Source: a virus
DNA: 64,000 bases
Virus record (IMG/VR): IMGVR_UViG_3300006028_000010
Span: 1 to 64,000 of that record
Reading direction: 5' to 3' (one strand)
Shown here: positions 46,332 to 55,825 of the stretch, one piece after another
Layout: every line of letters begins with the position of its first letter
Numbering within the stretch: the stretch's first letter is position 1
The notes under the pieces: generated by a model
The model's input: only the letters and a program-made list of their open reading frames with translations
What the model was told of the DNA's origin: nothing
The model's database searches: none
Made by a program: the position numbers and the translations under genes

Positions 46332-46988
46332 TCAGTCCAATGTGAGCACGCACCATGGGTACGCTCGCCCGGTGCCAGCGGTTTGTTTAAGGATGAACGT
46401 GGCCCCCTGGTTGGACGACACCGGAACGGTTTCGATGATGGGGACACCGAGCGTGTTAGCGAATGTCTGATAATACTGGTCCCGCAGGGTGCCGGCCGCC
46501 AGTACGGGTGTTTGTACATGCAATTCCAGAATATCCCCGGATGCCATCGCCGCGAGGTCAACACGCAGCACCCGCGTTTTGTTGGTGCTGGGCGCCGCCA
46601 ATGTGTGCGAGGTGCCGATTACTGCGGTTTGGGTGCCAGATGATTCGACCGCCGGGACGAGGCCCGTAGTAAGTATCGTCCACGGATATGCTTTGGCTGC
46701 GCCCGCGGTTTGTTTAAGGGTGACCGTCAAACCCTGGTTAGCGGTAACCGGGATGGTTTCAACGATCGGAACACCGGGCGCGTGGAAATAAGTCTGATAT
46801 AACTGATCGCCCACTGCGCCAGCGGCGAGTACCGCTGACTTGAGGCGAACCTCAATCGTGTCACCGGCCACCATCGCACCGCGATCAATCCGCAGCAACC
46901 GGCACTGACTAGTGCTCGGCGTCGCCAGCGTATGCTCAGTACCTATGACTGTTGTTTGGGTGCTCGATGACTCGACGGTAAGGGTCAT
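46332..46988 (-). CDS. virion beta-domain protein with internal tandem duplication
   Basis: Two ~107-aa copies (ESS.TQT.VIGT.HTLA.PST...LKQTAG...AYPW). Confidence 0.75.
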   Translation of the reverse strand: MTLTVESSSTQTTVIGTEHTLATPSTSQCRLLRIDRGAMVAGDTIEVRLKSAVLAAGAVGDQLYQTYFHAPGVPIVETIPVTANQGLTVTLKQTAGAAKAYPWTILTTGLVPAVESSGTQTAVIGTSHTLAAPSTNKTRVLRVDLAAMASGDILELHVQTPVLAAGTLRDQYYQTFANTLGVPIIETVPVSSNQGATFILKQTAGTGRAYPWCVLTLD

Positions 46989-47812
46989 CAGCCGAATCCC
47001 GTCAGCGTGATGTTAGGCCGCGAGGCGGTGGAAATCGACGTGCACTGGTAACGCGCCGCGAGGCTAATGCCCGCAGGAATGTCCACGGGGAATAGCAGCG
47101 GTCTCCCGCAGTTGATCTCTTCATTCACGGACACAGAAAACGGCAGGTCCGGGATGATGACCCCGGGGGTGGCGCCCGTTCCAATGTCCAACAAGCCATC
47201 CCCCGCGGTCGCCGTCGTGGTGGGCGGTGAGCTGATGCCTACCAGCATCCAGCGAGCGGGGGCGGTGGTCGTGGCGATGGCTGTCCACGCCGATTTGGTG
47301 TTGATCGCGGTGGGTGCGGCGATCGCGGTTCCGGTGCTGGATGCGGTGACCGCCCCGTAGGTCACCGCCCGGTGCGCGGCCTCGATGCCCTGCCCCCCAC
47401 CGAAAAGGCGGATGGCGAACGTGTTTGCTTTGCTGGCAACCGCGGAACGGACTCGCATTACCACGCGGCTACCGATAGGGATGTACAGCGGGAATGACCA
47501 GGATGCGAACGCTACCGATCCGCCGAACGCGATATCTTGGCTGATGGCGACCTCAGCTCCGGATGCTCCCCGACCTAGGTCTAGTAGTGCCTGAGTGTTG
47601 CTGGCCGCTACCGCCCATCCGGTTTTTCCCATAAACAGCTCGACACCGAAGACCGGAAACGTGACCCCCGCGTGCAGCTGTATCCAGTTTCCTACCGCGT
47701 TAACCGTGGCTGAGGCTGTCACAGTCGTCATAAGCGAAGTGGTCGGGACGTGTCCGCCCATGCCGTTGCATCCCGCATCGGACACAAACCAGGGCACTAG
47801 CTCGACCCCCAC
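46988..47812 (-). CDS. virion beta-domain protein with two related halves
   Basis: LLD(L/I)G.GA...FP..IP.G repeated twice. Confidence 0.7.
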   Translation of the reverse strand: MGVELVPWFVSDAGCNGMGGHVPTTSLMTTVTASATVNAVGNWIQLHAGVTFPVFGVELFMGKTGWAVAASNTQALLDLGRGASGAEVAISQDIAFGGSVAFASWSFPLYIPIGSRVVMRVRSAVASKANTFAIRLFGGGQGIEAAHRAVTYGAVTASSTGTAIAAPTAINTKSAWTAIATTTAPARWMLVGISSPPTTTATAGDGLLDIGTGATPGVIIPDLPFSVSVNEEINCGRPLLFPVDIPAGISLAARYQCTSISTASRPNITLTGFG

Positions 47813-48222
47813 CCGGCCTGCAAATCGATGTCCTGAAAATCGAACCGGTAGCGGTACGGCCCGAGCATCTGCCCGATCCGAGCCTGCATCGCTTGACTAT
47901 CGTTAGCGGAAAGTGAAGCCCATGCCGAGGTGAGTGTGGGGTCGGCAACCAGATCCACCACCCGGTCCACGAGAGTAGCGACAGGGGCGGCCACATAATT
48001 TCTCGCGGTGGTGTCCCAGATCAGTGAGGCGTCTGGTTCGTTACCTATTACTAAAACATCAGTACCGGACGGCAGAGGTAAATCCAGGGTGGTACCCAAA
48101 GAGAGCAGTTCACCCGTGGTCGTGTCATAGAGGGCGTACCAGAGGGTTTGCGGAACGGCAGTTATATTGTTGTAGGGGGTGATTTTTGCTTGGAGCGCGT
48201 AGCTGCGGCCTAAACGAGACAA
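47797..48222 (-). CDS. virion protein with N-terminal MSRLGRS motif
   Basis: GGGGGA RBS and TTG start at 48222. Confidence 0.65.
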   Translation of the reverse strand: MSRLGRSYALQAKITPYNNITAVPQTLWYALYDTTTGELLSLGTTLDLPLPSGTDVLVIGNEPDASLIWDTTARNYVAAPVATLVDRVVDLVADPTLTSAWASLSANDSQAMQARIGQMLGPYRYRFDFQDIDLQAGWGSS

Positions 48223-48279
48223 CTGAATCCCCCCCTGCACTGTTACTGTTGCGTGCGGTGGGCAACAGACCGTCCCCGA

Positions 48280-48780
48280 TCAACATTCTTGCCAGAGCAC
48301 CCATGTGTAACAATTGACGGCGACTGGGGCGGTGACCCGCACCCTCAAGAACTTGCTGACCGGGACTTGTGGTTCGTTGTCCAGTGGCCACTGGTAGCTG
48401 TATTGGTTGGTGGGCGCGATGAATTGTAAATCAAATTGCCGGGTGGCGGTGATGGTGCCTTCGGCGGTAGCGGTGTATCCGGTGGCTGTGGTGCCCAGTG
48501 TGACTAAAGATAGGGGAGCATTCGGGTCGTTGAACGCCTGCACCCCGGTGGAGGTGTGCGCGGTGACCGTGGCAGCCACGTCGGTTTGGAGTAGTTCACA
48601 TCGGATGGGGGTAGCGGCGGCGCTGCCGTCGAAGCTGATGGACCATGCTTTGATGGTGAGCGGCCGGGTCGCTGGGGTGGCGATTTGCAGCATCGTTTTG
48701 ATGGCGGAGCCGGTGGTGACCGGTGCGAACGCGGCGGTCGTGGGCATGGGGCCATTGCCGGCCCAGTACAGATCAGGCAC
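48280..48780 (-). CDS. small beta-rich virion protein, paralogue of 53264..53749
   Basis: SISFDG.AA..P...YQWPL..E...W.E. Confidence 0.75.
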   Translation of the reverse strand: MPDLYWAGNGPMPTTAAFAPVTTGSAIKTMLQIATPATRPLTIKAWSISFDGSAAATPIRCELLQTDVAATVTAHTSTGVQAFNDPNAPLSLVTLGTTATGYTATAEGTITATRQFDLQFIAPTNQYSYQWPLDNEPQVPVSKFLRVRVTAPVAVNCYTWVLWQEC

Positions 48781-48839
48781 CTTAGTCTACCCCATTACCG
48801 ATAGTAAGATCGTCGGACGGCCTCTTGGGCAAAGAGTGT

Positions 48840-49391
48840 TCATTCGCCTGGGTCGAGGCCGGCGATCGCGCTGAACACATTCGTCGGGACAGTGGAATTA
48901 ACGGTGAAATTGAGGTTGGTGTCCGTTTCCATCTTCTGCACCGTGCCGGTCGCGCCACCAACACCGTTACCAGGCCAAGGGATTGAGAACGTGGTGGTGC
49001 TCAACACCGTCACGACCCACGTACCGTTGGCGTTGGTGTTCACCGCGTGGTTGAGGACCTCCACCACATCACCGGAGGTGTATCCGTGTACTGGCGTGGT
49101 GATCACGATGGGGTTAGCGTTGGTCGATGACGTGATCGCAATTGGGGCGAACCACGACAGCGATAGCCCAGGGTCGGAGGCCACCGCCGCCACAAACGAC
49201 GGTAGATACGAGTCCGGGTTAACGAGGATCCGGTTAGCTAGTCGTCGACGCTTCCACCAAGCGTTGACGCTTAGTGTGCCTTGCGGTTCGGTGGATACGT
49301 TCATCGCGGCCTTGACCATCGCCGCTCGGATCCGTGCCTGGAATGACGCGTCGTTCACGAGCTGCGCGCCTTGACCTAGCGTCAACGCCAT
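48840..49391 (-). CDS. virion protein with an E1-FCCH-like beta insert
   Basis: AITSSTNANPIVITT..HGY.SGD.V...NGTWVVTV...TTFSI. Confidence 0.7.
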   Translation of the reverse strand: MALTLGQGAQLVNDASFQARIRAAMVKAAMNVSTEPQGTLSVNAWWKRRRLANRILVNPDSYLPSFVAAVASDPGLSLSWFAPIAITSSTNANPIVITTPVHGYTSGDVVEVLNHAVNTNANGTWVVTVLSTTTFSIPWPGNGVGGATGTVQKMETDTNLNFTVNSTVPTNVFSAIAGLDPGE

Positions 49392-49417
49392 CGAGAACTC
49401 TCCTCATGCGGGCTCGA

Positions 49418-50083
49418 TTACCAGTAATAGGACCGTCGCACAGCCTCCTGAACCAACACCCTCGGAGGAGGTGGCGGAGGTACAGGCGGAACAGCGAACG
49501 TCACCGCGAACCAAGTGCCAGACCCCCCACCGAACGCGCCGGGGTTTTCGCTTGCGGCGTTGAGCTGGCGCGTTCCTACAGCCACACTTAGACCAAGCCC
49601 GTTCAGGGGATTAACAAGCCCGGCATAGTTCGTTGGGAGAGTCGCGGCGGTTGACCCCGCATACGATTCAGCGGCTATCCATAACGTGTCGAGTTGGCCG
49701 TAGCTCGGCGTGTACGAGGGTGGGTCACCACTACCTGTACCACTAGTCGCGAAAGTACCGATCTGTGGTGCAGTGACAGCCGATGCGGTAGTAATCCGGA
49801 GCATCACCCAAGCCCACGAAACGGTAGTAGCCGCAGTTAATGACGGTGGCGAATCACCAGTCTGATAATACCGGTACCCAGACTCCAACTTATTGGCGGT
49901 GCCACCGTTGTTGTTGAGCTGTGTCCAACCGGTCCAGCCTGTCGTTTGCCCAGCAGAAGTACCCGCAGCGGCAATCAACAGCAACAAATCGCCTTGGGTT
50001 ACACCTGTGGGAAAAGTTATAGTGGTTATCGTTGCTGCGGTCGCTATACCGTTAGAGCTTGTGGCAACAGACGGAAACGCCAT
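49418..50083 (-). CDS. Thr/Gly-rich beta-domain virion protein with C-terminal QEAVRRSYYW motif
   Basis: GDLLLL..A domain; near-copy of the second domain of 53766..55028. Confidence 0.75.
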   Translation of the reverse strand: MAFPSVATSSNGIATAATITTITFPTGVTQGDLLLLIAAAGTSAGQTTGWTGWTQLNNNGGTANKLESGYRYYQTGDSPPSLTAATTVSWAWVMLRITTASAVTAPQIGTFATSGTGSGDPPSYTPSYGQLDTLWIAAESYAGSTAATLPTNYAGLVNPLNGLGLSVAVGTRQLNAASENPGAFGGGSGTWFAVTFAVPPVPPPPPPRVLVQEAVRRSYYW

Positions 50084-50149
50084 CTACATCACGCTTTGAT
50101 TAAAGCTGGAAAAACCCATCGGTGATGAGGCGTCTTCAGGAATAGGCAT
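50084..50149 (-). pseudogene. 21-codon relic ORF MPIPEDASSP..., in frame with the downstream gene
   Basis: Strong AAGGAGG RBS; N-terminus resembles MAIAEDASTP of 58503..61010; ends TAG directly before the ATG at 50083. Confidence 0.45.
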
Positions 50150-50190
50150 GGGCCTCCTTTGGGTACCTCTGAAACGAGGGCGCCTCGCGT

Positions 50191-53181
50191 TTAGTGAGCA
50201 ATAAATGCGGGTGGGGTTAGTGTGGCGGTGGGTGCTCTGAGTGTCGCGAATTGTGGTCGGCTGGTGGCGTTGGGGATGAGCGCGGCGCTGGTGGCGTGTG
50301 GTGGCCACGGCGCGGGGTACAGCCAACGGGTGGTGTCCGCTGCGGCGGCGGTGTCCGCGGTGGTGGCGGTGATCAGGACCTGGGTGATCGCGGTAGCGGC
50401 GTCGGTGGTGGGCGCGGGGTCGCCAAGGAGTCGGGTGATGCGACGGCCGGTGACGGTGGTGGTGTCGGTGACCGCCGCGGTGTCCGTAGCGGTTCGGGTC
50501 TTGACTGGCGCCCCGACGGGGGTGTCGGCTGCGGGTGCGGTGTCCAGCGCCAGGGACCGGAGCTGGGTCAGCGCCTGGGTTTCCGCGTCTAGGGCGAGAG
50601 CTGTGCCGGTGACCGGTCGGGCTGTGCTAACCCGGCGGGTCAACGCGTCGGCGGCGGGTGCGGTGTCGGTGGTCGCCCGGGGTTGGGCCGCTGCCCTAGT
50701 GACGACCCCGGTTGCTGGTGCGGTGTCGGTGGGGGCGCTGGACTGGGTGCCCGCGGTTGCGGGCGTGTCCACCGCGGTCGCGGTGTCCCCTCGGTTGCGG
50801 GTCAGGGTCAGCCCGCCGCGGAGTGCGGCGTCCGCGGCGGGCGCTGTGTCGGTCGTGACCGCAGACGCGCCCCGAACTGGGGTGGTCGTGTCGTTGACGG
50901 TGGCGGCGTCGGTTGCGGTGCGGGTGAATAGCTGAGCTGTTCGGGTGGTGAGGGCGGTGGCGGTGGCGGGGTCTGGGGTGCTGCGGACGCTGGTCGTGGC
51001 CCGGGTGGTGGTGTCGGTCCCGGCGGCAGCGTCGGTTGCGGCGCTGATCCGCGTCGTGGCTCGGGTGGCGGCGTCGCCGGCAGTAGCGGTGTCCGCGGTG
51101 GCCCGGGGCGTGGTGGCCAGGACCCGGGTGGTGGTGTCCGCTGCGGTCGCCGTATCGGTGGGCGCGGCACTCGCGACGTGACCTGAAGAAGCAGCGTCCC
51201 CCGCCGTCGCGACGTCGCCCGTGCTGCGCCCTAGGGCCACCGTGGCGCGCTGGGTTACGTCGGCGGGTAGGGCAGTGTCGGTGGCTGCCCGCGTCGCAGT
51301 GCGGGCTCGCGTGGGCAGGTCAGTGACGGTGGTTGCGTCCGCCGCGGCCCGGGTCCGGGTGGTGCCACCACGGGTGGCGGTGTCCGATGCGGTGGCAGCG
51401 TCCGCGGTGCCCCTGGCCCCCGCACCCGCGGCCCGACTCGTGGCGTCGAATGCCCCCGCGGTGTTGTCGGTAACCAGTCGGGTCTCGATCGGCGAGCGGG
51501 TTGCGGCGTCGGTGGCGGGTGCGGGGTCGCCACCGATCCGCGTGGAGGTTCTACCCCGAACAGCTACGTCAACAGCGGAAGACGACGCGTCGGTAACCAC
51601 CCGGAGCTGCGCCGACACCCGGCTACCCGCATCGGTAACCGGTGCGAGATCACCGACCGCGCGGGCGCGGACCGATATCGGGCCGGCCACGTCGGCGCTG
51701 TGCGCGGTGTCGCTGATCGGCCGTGCCGCGATACCAGTACGAGAAGCTGCATCAGCGGCCGGTGCGATGTCGGCAGCGGCGCGGGGGTTTGTTTCAGCAC
51801 CCCGAATGGCGGTGTCAGTAGCGGGCGCGGTGTCCGCGGTGGCGGTGCGCGTGGCGTGCCCAACGCTCACCGCATCAGCTGCGGTCGCGGTGTCTGTGCC
51901 GCCGCGGCCCAACCCGAGAGCGCTCCGTCCGGTACTGTCCGACGCCGACGCAAGGTTGGTACCGGCGCGACTGAAGGCGCTAACACCGCGGGCGGACACC
52001 TCGCCGGCGTTGGCGGTGTCGCTGGCCGCACCCGTAAGGCTTTGACCTGCGCGAACGGCCGCATCGGTCGCAGCAGCGGTGTCCGTAACGGCGCCGCGGG
52101 TGAGAACCAACCCGGCCCGGGTGACGGCATCCGCCACCGGGGCGGAATCAACGAGGCCGCGGGTTTTCCCGCTCGCGTCGCGAACAACCGCATCGGCTGC
52201 TGCGCTGGTGTCAACTGTTGACCGCGCCAGTAACAGCGTCGCCCTGACCGGGGTGTCCGCGGCGGGTGCGGAATCCGCGGTGCTACGGGTGATGCTTTGC
52301 GCTGACCGCGCGACACCATCAGACGCGGACGCTAGATCACCAACGGTTCGCGCTTTGGTTAACGCGCTGCCCGTGGCAACGTCGCTAGCCGAGCTCGTGT
52401 CACCTAATGCCCGGGCGAACAGCTGAGATGGGCGGGTAACAATGTCCGCGGCGGGGCTAGCGTCCGCTCTAGCCCGAGCCGTGGTGATAGTTCGGGCGCA
52501 GCTATCACTAGCGCTGGCCGAGTCGCCCAGCGTGCGTGACCAAGCCGCTGCGCCACGAGAAGTGCTATCAGTGGCCGCTGCCGCGTCGGCGGCGCCGCGA
52601 ATGAACACCTGGCCAGCGCGCGAGCTTACGTCCGTGGCGGCAGCAGCGTCGGCGACGGCCCGGGAATGGGGCGCCGTCCGGCTGGTGCCATCGACCGCGG
52701 GGGACGTGTCGGTGGCACCACGAACCCACGCCGACCCGGATTTGGCCGCCGCGTCCGCGGCTGACGAGGTGTCCGTGGTGGCCCGCGACTGCACAGCAGC
52801 ACGGGTCACGGAATCCGTGGCGCCGCCGCCGGAATCAGAAACAGCGCGTGTTTTCAGCGCCGCGCTGCTTACTGTCGCGTCCACTATGGGAGCCGTGTCC
52901 GCGGCGGCGCGGATCAGGGCTTGCGCGGTTTTCGACGAGGTGTCCGTGGCCGCAGCGGTGTCGGCGGCCACCCGGGTTTTGATTGCTGCGCTGGTGGTGA
53001 CCGCATCGACCGCGCCCGCGGTGTCCACGGCGCCCCGGGTGGGGACAAAAGCGGCCCGAGGGGCCGCGTCAGTCGCCGCAGCGGTGTCCGCCGCAGCGCG
53101 CGTTAAAGCAGCCGACCCCGCCCCGGGAATCGGCCGAATCCAGCGAACCCGATCGGGGAAACCGCGCCCAAGCCTGGCCAT
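50191..53181 (-). CDS. 996-aa repeat protein (putative fibre scaffold) with N-terminal MARLGRG motif
   Basis: ~20-21-aa R...D.A.A.D repeats over most of its length; C-terminal PAPWPPHAT. Confidence 0.8.
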   Translation of the reverse strand: MARLGRGFPDRVRWIRPIPGAGSAALTRAAADTAAATDAAPRAAFVPTRGAVDTAGAVDAVTTSAAIKTRVAADTAAATDTSSKTAQALIRAAADTAPIVDATVSSAALKTRAVSDSGGGATDSVTRAAVQSRATTDTSSAADAAAKSGSAWVRGATDTSPAVDGTSRTAPHSRAVADAAAATDVSSRAGQVFIRGAADAAAATDSTSRGAAAWSRTLGDSASASDSCARTITTARARADASPAADIVTRPSQLFARALGDTSSASDVATGSALTKARTVGDLASASDGVARSAQSITRSTADSAPAADTPVRATLLLARSTVDTSAAADAVVRDASGKTRGLVDSAPVADAVTRAGLVLTRGAVTDTAAATDAAVRAGQSLTGAASDTANAGEVSARGVSAFSRAGTNLASASDSTGRSALGLGRGGTDTATAADAVSVGHATRTATADTAPATDTAIRGAETNPRAAADIAPAADAASRTGIAARPISDTAHSADVAGPISVRARAVGDLAPVTDAGSRVSAQLRVVTDASSSAVDVAVRGRTSTRIGGDPAPATDAATRSPIETRLVTDNTAGAFDATSRAAGAGARGTADAATASDTATRGGTTRTRAAADATTVTDLPTRARTATRAATDTALPADVTQRATVALGRSTGDVATAGDAASSGHVASAAPTDTATAADTTTRVLATTPRATADTATAGDAATRATTRISAATDAAAGTDTTTRATTSVRSTPDPATATALTTRTAQLFTRTATDAATVNDTTTPVRGASAVTTDTAPAADAALRGGLTLTRNRGDTATAVDTPATAGTQSSAPTDTAPATGVVTRAAAQPRATTDTAPAADALTRRVSTARPVTGTALALDAETQALTQLRSLALDTAPAADTPVGAPVKTRTATDTAAVTDTTTVTGRRITRLLGDPAPTTDAATAITQVLITATTADTAAAADTTRWLYPAPWPPHATSAALIPNATSRPQFATLRAPTATLTPPAFIAH

Positions 53182-53263
53182 CGCGACAGCCCCCCACCGA
53201 GCGGCTCAATACGTTATTGCCCGGCGGGGGATGCCCTCAAGAAACGGGCCGCTACAGAATGGG

Positions 53264-53749
53264 CTATTCAGTCCACGCGAGGCAGGCTGTGCACGCCACT
53301 ATAGCCGGGGCCACGCATTGAATACCGATACCGCTGCCAGCCACCGCGGGGGTCACCACCTCTAAACCGAGGGGTATTTGGTAAACCATTCCCGAGGTGG
53401 GGGAGATGTACCAGCTGCGAAGCATGACACCCACGGTGGGTGCTGTTGTTGCATACACCCCCGGGCTTGCCGTGGTGGGCATATACGCGGTGCATAAACT
53501 GGCCGGGGAGTTGGTGTCGGTCGGCGTTGGCGCCTGGGTGATCGTGCCGCCCCCCACCGGAACCACCGTGGTCCGCACCACCCGAACAATTACCGGTACC
53601 GCCGTCGCGCTGGTGCCGTTGAACGTCACCGACAGCTCATTCAGGCCCATGCGCCGGGTGGTGCCAGTGGGGGTAACATCCAGCACCACCAAGGCAGTCG
53701 CCGCGCCCAGGTTAATACCTTCCGATATGGCAACATACTGGTCGGCCAC
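53264..53749 (-). CDS. small beta-rich virion protein, paralogue of 48280..48780
   Basis: SVTFNG.SA..VP...YQIPL..E...W.E. Confidence 0.75.
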   Translation of the reverse strand: MADQYVAISEGINLGAATALVVLDVTPTGTTRRMGLNELSVTFNGTSATAVPVIVRVVRTTVVPVGGGTITQAPTPTDTNSPASLCTAYMPTTASPGVYATTAPTVGVMLRSWYISPTSGMVYQIPLGLEVVTPAVAGSGIGIQCVAPAIVACTACLAWTE

Positions 53750-53765
53750 AGCACCCTCTTATTCG

Positions 53766-55028
53766 CTAAAAGTTCGCGGCGCGTGCCACGGCCTGGGAGA
53801 CAATCCGAAGTCTGATGGGAACACCACCTGACACCGGGGGTACGGCGAACGTCACCGCGAACCAGGTGCCAGAACCCCCACCGAACGCGCCGGGGTTTTC
53901 GCTCGCGGCATTGAGTTGGCGGGTTGCTATAGCCACGCTTAGACCAAGCCCGTTTATGGGATTAACAAGCCCGGCATAGCTCGTTGGGACGGTAGCCGCG
54001 GTTGACCCCGCATACGACTCCGCCGCTATCCATAGCGTGTCAAGCTGACCGTAACCCGGCGTATACGACGGTGGGTCACCACTACCTGTACCACTAGTCG
54101 CGAAAGTACCAATCTGCGGCGCCGTGGAGGCCGATGCGGCAGTGATCCGAAGCATTAACCAAGCCCAAGAGACAGTAGTGGCCGCGGTTAACGTCGGAGC
54201 GGTATCACCGGTTTGGTAATACCGGTACCCGGATTCCAGTTTGTTAGCAGTACCACCATTGTTGTTCAGCTGAGTCCAACCGGTCCAGCCTGTCGTTTGC
54301 CCAGCAGAAGTACCCGCGGCGGCGATTAACAGTAATAGATCCCCCTGCGTTACACCCGCAGGGAAGGTGGTGGTTACTGATGCCGCGGTTGTTGTGCTAT
54401 TAGAGTTACTAGCAACGGTCGGAAACGCCCCGGGTGGGACGGCTATCGTTGCGGCATACCAGGTGCCACTGAAACCGGCAAAAGCGCCGGGGTCTTCCGT
54501 GGCGGTCGTGAGTTGCCGCGTTCCTATCCCCACGGTCGGCCCGACCGCCGCGGAAGACTGGACCAATCCCGTGTAGTTGGCGGGCGCGGCACTCGGAATC
54601 GCGTTACCGGTAGCTGACGCTATGGCTATCCATAACGTGGCGGCGCTTCCGTAGCTCGCGGTATACGACGGCGGGTCAGGCTGACCGCTCGCGGAGGTCG
54701 AGAATGTGCCCACCTCGGGCGCGGCGGTAGCACTTCCTCCGGTGATTCGTAGCATTAGCCACGCCCACCCCGTGGACGGTCCACCAATGGTTGGTGCGGT
54801 ATCCCCGGCCTGATACCGGCGATAAGCAATCTCCGCTTTTCCACCGAGCGTGGTGTTCACGAGCTTGGTCCATCCGGTCCACCCGGTGGTGGTTCCCGGT
54901 GCCGCACCCGTCGCGATCACTAGGAGCAGTAAATCCCCAGCGGTGACACCCGTGGGAAATGTTGTCACCGCTGAGGTACCGGAGGTGACCGTGTTACTTG
55001 AACTGGTGGCAACAGTGGCGAAACTCAC
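53766..55028 (-). CDS. two-domain Thr/Gly-rich virion protein with C-terminal SQAVARAANF motif
   Basis: Two ~200-aa GDLLLL domains. Confidence 0.75.
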   Translation of the reverse strand: MSFATVATSSSNTVTSGTSAVTTFPTGVTAGDLLLLVIATGAAPGTTTGWTGWTKLVNTTLGGKAEIAYRRYQAGDTAPTIGGPSTGWAWLMLRITGGSATAAPEVGTFSTSASGQPDPPSYTASYGSAATLWIAIASATGNAIPSAAPANYTGLVQSSAAVGPTVGIGTRQLTTATEDPGAFAGFSGTWYAATIAVPPGAFPTVASNSNSTTTAASVTTTFPAGVTQGDLLLLIAAAGTSAGQTTGWTGWTQLNNNGGTANKLESGYRYYQTGDTAPTLTAATTVSWAWLMLRITAASASTAPQIGTFATSGTGSGDPPSYTPGYGQLDTLWIAAESYAGSTAATVPTSYAGLVNPINGLGLSVAIATRQLNAASENPGAFGGGSGTWFAVTFAVPPVSGGVPIRLRIVSQAVARAANF

Positions 55029-55037
55029 ACGCCGTCC

Positions 55038-55688
55038 TTACATACTGACTGTTTCAGTAACGGTCAAAGCGTCGCCGGTGGCCGTCAACGTGGCGGTGGG
55101 TGAAATAAGCGTCAAAAACTGCGGACGACCAGTCGCGCCGGACAGGGTATTAAAAATACCCATCTTTCCAATAGTGCGCGCCCCAAAAGTCTGGTCAGTA
55201 CCCGTGTACGTAAAAGTCGCCGCCAGCGAATAAGAGGCCACCGTGGTGGTGTGCGCGTAGGTGGCGAGTTTCCGTAAACAACCCGAGCTGGCCGCAGTAA
55301 TTTCCGAAGTAAGGGTCGAGTCCGTGGCCAAGACGGTGGCCGTGTCAGTGCTGATCGCCATATACCAGTAGGGCGCCTGGCCAGGCACAATCATGAACAC
55401 GGTGGTCGCGGTCGGCGTTGTCGCCGGGCCGGAACCGGGGGTGCCCAACGCATACCACTGATCCACCGTCAACTGAGACGTAGTATTCGCTGTGATAACC
55501 CCGTACGCCGCTGCTGCGGAAACGGTGACCACAATGTGCCCAATGTAGGCACTGGCCACGAACGGTGTGCCGGTGGCTGTTAATGTGGTGGCCGTGCTGG
55601 CGGTGGCTGTGCCAGTATACCCAGCAAGATCACCACCCATCGAGGCGGCTTGGGCGTCAGTCCCGCTATTGATCCGGATCTTGAACAC
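55038..55688 (-). CDS. tail-collar/fibre-base-like protein
   Basis: YMAISTD....ATD.TL.SE...TIG..GIFN...GD.LTVT. Confidence 0.65.
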   Translation of the reverse strand: MFKIRINSGTDAQAASMGGDLAGYTGTATASTATTLTATGTPFVASAYIGHIVVTVSAAAAYGVITANTTSQLTVDQWYALGTPGSGPATTPTATTVFMIVPGQAPYWYMAISTDTATVLATDSTLTSEITAASSGCLRKLATYAHTTTVASYSLAATFTYTGTDQTFGARTIGKMGIFNTLSGATGRPQFLTLISPTATLTATGDALTVTETVSM

Positions 55689-55708
55689 CTTCTTCTATTT
55701 AGGGCACG

Positions 55709-55740
55709 AAAAAGCCCCGGACGATGATCCAATCCTGGGC
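55709..55740 (-). terminator. intrinsic terminator-like hairpin with T5, just upstream of the fibre-base gene
   Basis: Minus strand GCCCAGGA...TCCGGGGC-TTTTT. Confidence 0.5.
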
Positions 55741-55825
55741 GGTTCGCGCGGGAGTGACTTAAAGCCACCCAACGTTTAGGGTGGGTCGGAGGCAGCGACT
55801 AGGTAGCCAATTGCTGCCATAAGCC

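Noticed and set aside
43891-53365. Long + strand ORFs opposite the repeat proteins (for example 50222..50935, 51221..52045, 52442..53365)
   Set aside because: Antisense shadows of GC-rich Ala/Thr/Asp/Arg codons; no RBS and against the operon direction
49418-54430. Diversity-generating retroelement (TR/VR pair)
   Set aside because: Mismatches between the duplicated segments are not adenine-specific, both copies are coding, and no reverse transcriptase is present in the window
55740-55825. c-di-GMP-I riboswitch
   Set aside because: Only fragmentary resemblance (GCCTCCG...CTAAAC); the GNRA tetraloop and conserved GCAAA elements are missing
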